Shown piece by piece: positions 55,001 to 57,730 of a DNA stretch of 57,730 nt. Below the pieces are notes generated by a model. The model saw only the letters and a list, made by a program, of their open reading frames with translations, was not told the DNA's origin and ran no database searches. Source of the stretch: a virus (Duplodnaviria > Caudoviricetes); IMG/VR virus record IMGVR_UViG_3300032328_001114, positions 1 through 57,730 of that record, one strand, 5' to 3'. The translations under genes were made by a program, and so were the position numbers. Within the stretch, counting starts at the first letter, position 1; the number at the start of each line of letters is the position of its first letter.

Positions 55001-55909
55001 GCGCAGACTTCAAAGTTCATCGGCGATACGATTGGGCTTTCGTTGGACTTTATTGGGACGTTGGTATCAGGAACTAAGGAGTTGTTGGAACAGGATGAAG
55101 AAAACCGCGAGAAAAACCAAAAGAGGATTAAGAACCTAGCACTTGCGGAGGTAGCTATCAACTTGGCTAAGGAGCTTGCGCTCATCGCGATTAGTGCACA
55201 GCAGGCAGGTTTGGCAACGGGACCAGCTGCACCAATTACGGCAGGTATTGTCTATGGGATACAGGCAGGTATAGCTATTGCCCGCGCTGCTTTTGCTATC
55301 GCTAAGATTAAAAACGAAAGCAAAGCAGAGGAAGGTATCGCGATCGGCGCCAATGGAGTTGATTCATCGGGCAGCTTTGGCAATGCCAATATTCCTGTCA
55401 ATGGATTTATTTCGGGCAACCTGCACAGCCAAGGCGGTGAGCGTGGTGTGTTCAATGGGATGCCAATTGAAGCAGAGCGAGGCGAGTACGTGATGAGAAA
55501 CGGCAAAGAGTTTTATATCATCAATCGTAAATCTTCGGCTAAATTTGGCGCAACGCTCAGAAAGAATAGCGTTAGAAGTCACAAGTTTAGCCCAGAGAAA
55601 CGAGCCATGGCTAGTGCGGTCAATTCATATCGTGACTGGGGCGTGAAGTTTGCAGCAGGGGGCGCTCTGTCAACCTCTCCCCTCGCAGCGCCTACAATTT
55701 CGAGCGTGACTAGAGAAACACAGCCACTATTAGACAAGTTCGACCGTATCACTGCGCTGCTTACTACGAGCATCCTAAGCACGCAGGAAAACATTGCAGC
55801 GGTGCAGGAGAATGTAAATACTTTGGTCGTTGTGAATGACCCTGAAGAAACAGCAGACCAAGCAACTAAAATTAAGTCAACCAAAAGAGTAAACAATTTA
55901 ACTTTATAA
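52040..55909 (+). CDS. Tape measure protein
   Basis: 1289 aa; AGSY..L, QRNVGNYASA, LKEYPVQF..., DLVKEF, long coiled coils, C-terminal GNLHSQGG..EAERGEYV. Confidence 0.93.
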   Translation: MAEKVVGFKITLSGTEKTFENISSLKDEIKKVNDELSKATKGSEEYDKLSQEAAVLKTELNGVNKELKDQQKAFEATKFAAGSYKALNAELGQLKNAYKELSSEEIKNGKITDENVKKYGLASNSVESLQKKINGLSNELKAQDKGLGDSQRNVGNYASAFEGFGGAIGKVAGSLGGGFAIFAGVEAIGAIAQEIKATTDEIFKLQGQIQSLNPNLPTAEVDEFAARITAISSTFEKENTEVLQAANSFSKQFGVSLTEATDLIEKGLVGGLDANGDFLDILKEYPVQFKQAGFSADAFLSVINKTIDQGVFSDKGIDLVKEFSLRIQEGSQGAKDSLSNAFGPQFTDKLFKGINDGSITVQDALAQVSTKLNDTQLPASELQSVISNVFGAQGEDVGIDFIKSLKDINSTTGELIDTDNRYQQQQLAILEANKGLAQSQVELTNLVSGGSSKFQELGIILQKFVYDLIIRIIEIFTPLVTAFQNAGRAVGELIGSLGIFNNEGGESFSVIDLITGSMKVFADVLTFVVDGITWLIDGLVWLGKEVPAVGAAFEFIGDVIGGIFEFFTNLPSVFAGVVSAIKQLGTNFSNFFQDLYLQAKIFGQNVKGAFGADVEAAINDLKAQRAALKDASKSIGQAYSDGYSESIKQIEAVRKADKEAQKKANKESVKDTKDAESERTKILQKSAEDRKKLAEDAKKAAENIEQLKLELIDNEFDREIAKLTKASVDKIKALAGSAEQVKQQTALINTLLDQQIAGVEKKRQESIDKQKEQVAKASQEVAKLIADQQLKTNDALFKADQGEGQRLVQRIDFEIQINEQQLQLDIAQQKQLLLEQLNSREISVREYNQKTEELEAEASERTLEILKQRLEQEKMSTIVANSNKIAQLQFNISQQKSILEQQAIEQDAKLKAQLDNGLITEEQYEAARVAIRQNANAQIALLDQQFTDEQSIMMEETAISSIEAQQRLADQQIAIDAQKNETLRAQNAQTSKFIGDTIGLSLDFIGTLVSGTKELLEQDEENREKNQKRIKNLALAEVAINLAKELALIAISAQQAGLATGPAAPITAGIVYGIQAGIAIARAAFAIAKIKNESKAEEGIAIGANGVDSSGSFGNANIPVNGFISGNLHSQGGERGVFNGMPIEAERGEYVMRNGKEFYIINRKSSAKFGATLRKNSVRSHKFSPEKRAMASAVNSYRDWGVKFAAGGALSTSPLAAPTISSVTRETQPLLDKFDRITALLTTSILSTQENIAAVQENVNTLVVVNDPEETADQATKIKSTKRVNNLTL

Positions 55910-55912
55910 AAA

Positions 55913-56335
55913 ATGAAAGACGAAACCGAAAAAATAAAACTGACCAATACCGCAGAGGTGCAACTTTGGAAGATTCCACGCAGCCGATGGGCAGAAATCA
56001 AAAGACTATTCCTGGCAAATGATTATTTGAGCCTCATCACCATTTGGAACAACTGCGGAGTGTCACCTGAGCGCATCTGTCCGGGCTGTCCTTGGGGTAT
56101 TACGCGCGTCCATCCTCATATCGAAATCTTGGTTAAAAAGTACGATGCAGAGGATGAGGCTACCGAAGAAACAGCACGTAGAGGAATTGAAGCGGCCGTA
56201 ATTGTGGAAGAAGTTATTATTGAAAGCAAAAAAAAGAAGAAAGGTGGCAAGAACGAATCTGGACAAAACGGACAAAACGCCTCGGGTGGAGAAAGTCAAG
56301 GACCTGACGATATGGGAGCTGAGAACATTGTATAA
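55913..56335 (+). CDS. Hypothetical protein
   Basis: 140 aa, CPGC motif. Confidence 0.6.
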   Translation: MKDETEKIKLTNTAEVQLWKIPRSRWAEIKRLFLANDYLSLITIWNNCGVSPERICPGCPWGITRVHPHIEILVKKYDAEDEATEETARRGIEAAVIVEEVIIESKKKKKGGKNESGQNGQNASGGESQGPDDMGAENIV

Positions 56336-56576
56336 AAACAATGTTTGCAACATCATAAGCGATGAGGCACTAAATATTTTCAAATCATCCGAGCTGAAGC
56401 GACACGTCGGAATAGTTTTGTACAAACGTGCTATATTTCCTACAGATAACAACAGAGTGAGTGTGCTTTCAAGTATTTCTAACCTTCTTTTCGTGCATGT
56501 AAACACCGTAAAAAAGTGGTGTCCTGCACGCAAAAAGAGAAAAAAAACAAAGATTAAAAATGAAATTCCTAAGTAA
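56244..56576 (+). CDS. HTH-containing protein (candidate late regulator)
   Basis: Likely GTG start after an A-rich run; LSSISNLLFVHVNTVKKW HTH-like C-terminus. Confidence 0.5.
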   Translation: MARTNLDKTDKTPRVEKVKDLTIWELRTLYKNNVCNIISDEALNIFKSSELKRHVGIVLYKRAIFPTDNNRVSVLSSISNLLFVHVNTVKKWCPARKKRKKTKIKNEIPK

Positions 56577-56919
56577 AGTTCCGGGAATAGTGTGGTTCGT
56601 GGTATTCTTTATCGCCCAGGTGTTGGTGATTGACTACTACAGCCCCAAAAAATCTGACAAAAGCAACACAATCCAGTTGCAAAATGAAAGCGGAGAGAAG
56701 CTGAGAGAAGCTTTCACGCACGAAATCAAGACAGTTTCGAGCAAGTTAGACAGCATTAAGGTTGTTTCTGACTCAATCAATAGCGCATCAAAGGCCTTGG
56801 ACAAATCCTTTTTAAAACAATACAATAAAATCTATCAATTAGCCAATGAGATTAATGAGAATGTTAAAAACTATGGGGATAGTAGTAGCTCTGCTCTGCT
56901 TTCTCGCCTGCGAAAGTAG
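56560..56919 (+). CDS. i-spanin-like protein
   Basis: N-terminal TM helix plus periplasmic coiled coil; overlaps the next gene. Confidence 0.55.
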   Translation: MKFLSKVPGIVWFVVFFIAQVLVIDYYSPKKSDKSNTIQLQNESGEKLREAFTHEIKTVSSKLDSIKVVSDSINSASKALDKSFLKQYNKIYQLANEINENVKNYGDSSSSALLSRLRK

Positions 56920-57349
56920 TTCGCAAGTCCCTGGGCGCATTGACATGGTCGTGACGCAGCCGGGTGATACCATCTTCATGATGGACAAACGCTATGCGGA
57001 GTATGTTGCCGCAAAGTTTGACAGCTTAGATGTGTTCAGAAACATATCAAAGTACTGCATTTACGCACTCGACACAGCACACACGAGCCTTGAAACAAAA
57101 AATAAGCTCATTGCATCGCTCAAAGAAGAAAGTGGCGCAAATCAGGAAAAGAATAAGCTGCTTGATTTAAAATACATGTCGCTCGAAGGGGACTATATAG
57201 AAACGCGCAAGATAAATATGAAGCTTGACAACATGCTATCCGAAAGCGAGCACAAACGACGAAGGGCAAAAGCTTGGAATTACGGGCTCGGAGGAGTGGC
57301 GCTGTCCGCCATCGTGACGAGTGTAGTCATAGCAATAGTTAGAAAATAG
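56846..57349 (+). CDS. Spanin-like protein with signal/lipobox and a C-terminal TM helix
   Basis: IVVALLCFLAC-ESSSQ N-terminus, coiled coil, terminal hydrophobic helix; exact start uncertain (56846-56873). Confidence 0.55.
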   Translation: MRLMRMLKTMGIVVALLCFLACESSSQVPGRIDMVVTQPGDTIFMMDKRYAEYVAAKFDSLDVFRNISKYCIYALDTAHTSLETKNKLIASLKEESGANQEKNKLLDLKYMSLEGDYIETRKINMKLDNMLSESEHKRRRAKAWNYGLGGVALSAIVTSVVIAIVRK

Positions 57350-57384
57350 AAAAAGGCCACACTGTTTATGCTCAGTGTGGCCTT
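57350..57384. terminator. Hairpin terminator after the tail/lysis operon
   Basis: AAGGCCACACTG-tttatgct-CAGTGTGGCCTT. Confidence 0.7.
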
Positions 57385-57607
57385 ATACATTAAACCCTAA
57401 CTAACTAAAATAATTCAAAATAAATTTAATTGTATTTTTACGGTTGCCCGATTTTATTCTTTAAAAAATAGCAGCCTTAGCTAAGAGAAAATTGATAACG
57501 TTCCTCAAGAGGGAAACTAAGTACTGCTATTAAAATTAAACATGAGAAGTATTGCGCGCAGTAGAGCTGCGTTCTTGCCTTTTAAAATGAGGATAGTAGT
57601 TAGCTAT

Positions 57608-57730
57608 CCTCGCGACACGGAATTCATCCAACAAAAAACATAATAATGAGCTTCTTAAAAATACTTGGAAGAGCGCATCCTACCAACCAAGCTATATATA
57701 CATTGTTCAAAAAAATCGCTTTAAAAAAGC
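57608..57730. repeat. Terminal direct repeat, copy 2
   Basis: Identical to 1-123. Confidence 0.97.

Noticed and set aside
56228-56235. Frameshift at the A8 run fusing 55913..56335 to the next ORF
   Set aside because: It would need a +1 shift; an in-frame GTG at 56244 with an A-rich leader explains the second gene more simply.
57385-57610. Structured ncRNA in the gap spanning the contig junction
   Set aside because: Only short hairpins (e.g. AGGATAG-N7-CTATCCT at ~57590-57610) were visible, which is not enough without covariation data.
57608-57730. 123-bp terminal repeat as a biological DTR
   Set aside because: An exact end overlap of this size is what assemblers leave on circular contigs. 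It supports completeness but cannot be called a physical terminus without read data.
1-57730. Stop-codon reassignment, tRNA genes or introns
   Set aside because: Genes tile densely in the standard code with TAA, TAG and TGA all used as stops; no cloverleaf or split terL/capsid gene was seen.

Overview
This window is an apparently complete, circularly assembled ~57.6 kb tailed-phage genome. Bases 1-123 are repeated exactly at 57608-57730. A 1289-aa tape measure, a tail tube and no sheath indicate a siphovirus morphotype. The host is very likely Bacteroidota: there are repeated TTG-N19-21-TAnnTTTG promoters, A-rich leaders with no obvious Shine-Dalgarno and a signal peptide ending before Gln. 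Modules: (1) early/accessory genes at 2.5-15 kb and 27-34.5 kb (N6A methyltransferase, DnaN clamp, MazG-like protein, two XRE regulators, Sak4-like ATPase plus exonuclease, RadC); (2) replication and resolution (wHTH initiator, loader-like protein, RuvC-like resolvase); (3) a translationally coupled ParB-cupin-PP-loop-GATase-IbrA-IbrB operon upstream of terS/terL; (4) leftward head genes and rightward tail genes; (5) lysis genes split over three loci. I saw no integrase, reverse transcriptase, tRNA or CRISPR array. The most notable observations are: the six-gene candidate DNA-modification operon next to the terminase; 12 iteron-like GTTC-N8-GAAC palindromes in three distant intergenic loci, two sharing a ~105-bp inverted duplicate with an AT-rich tract; a 16-bp palindromic operator inside eight early promoters; three virion proteins sharing one 27-aa N-terminal module; a -1 frameshift in the tail chaperone; and strong GATC avoidance. 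All product calls come from motif recognition by eye, not database searches.
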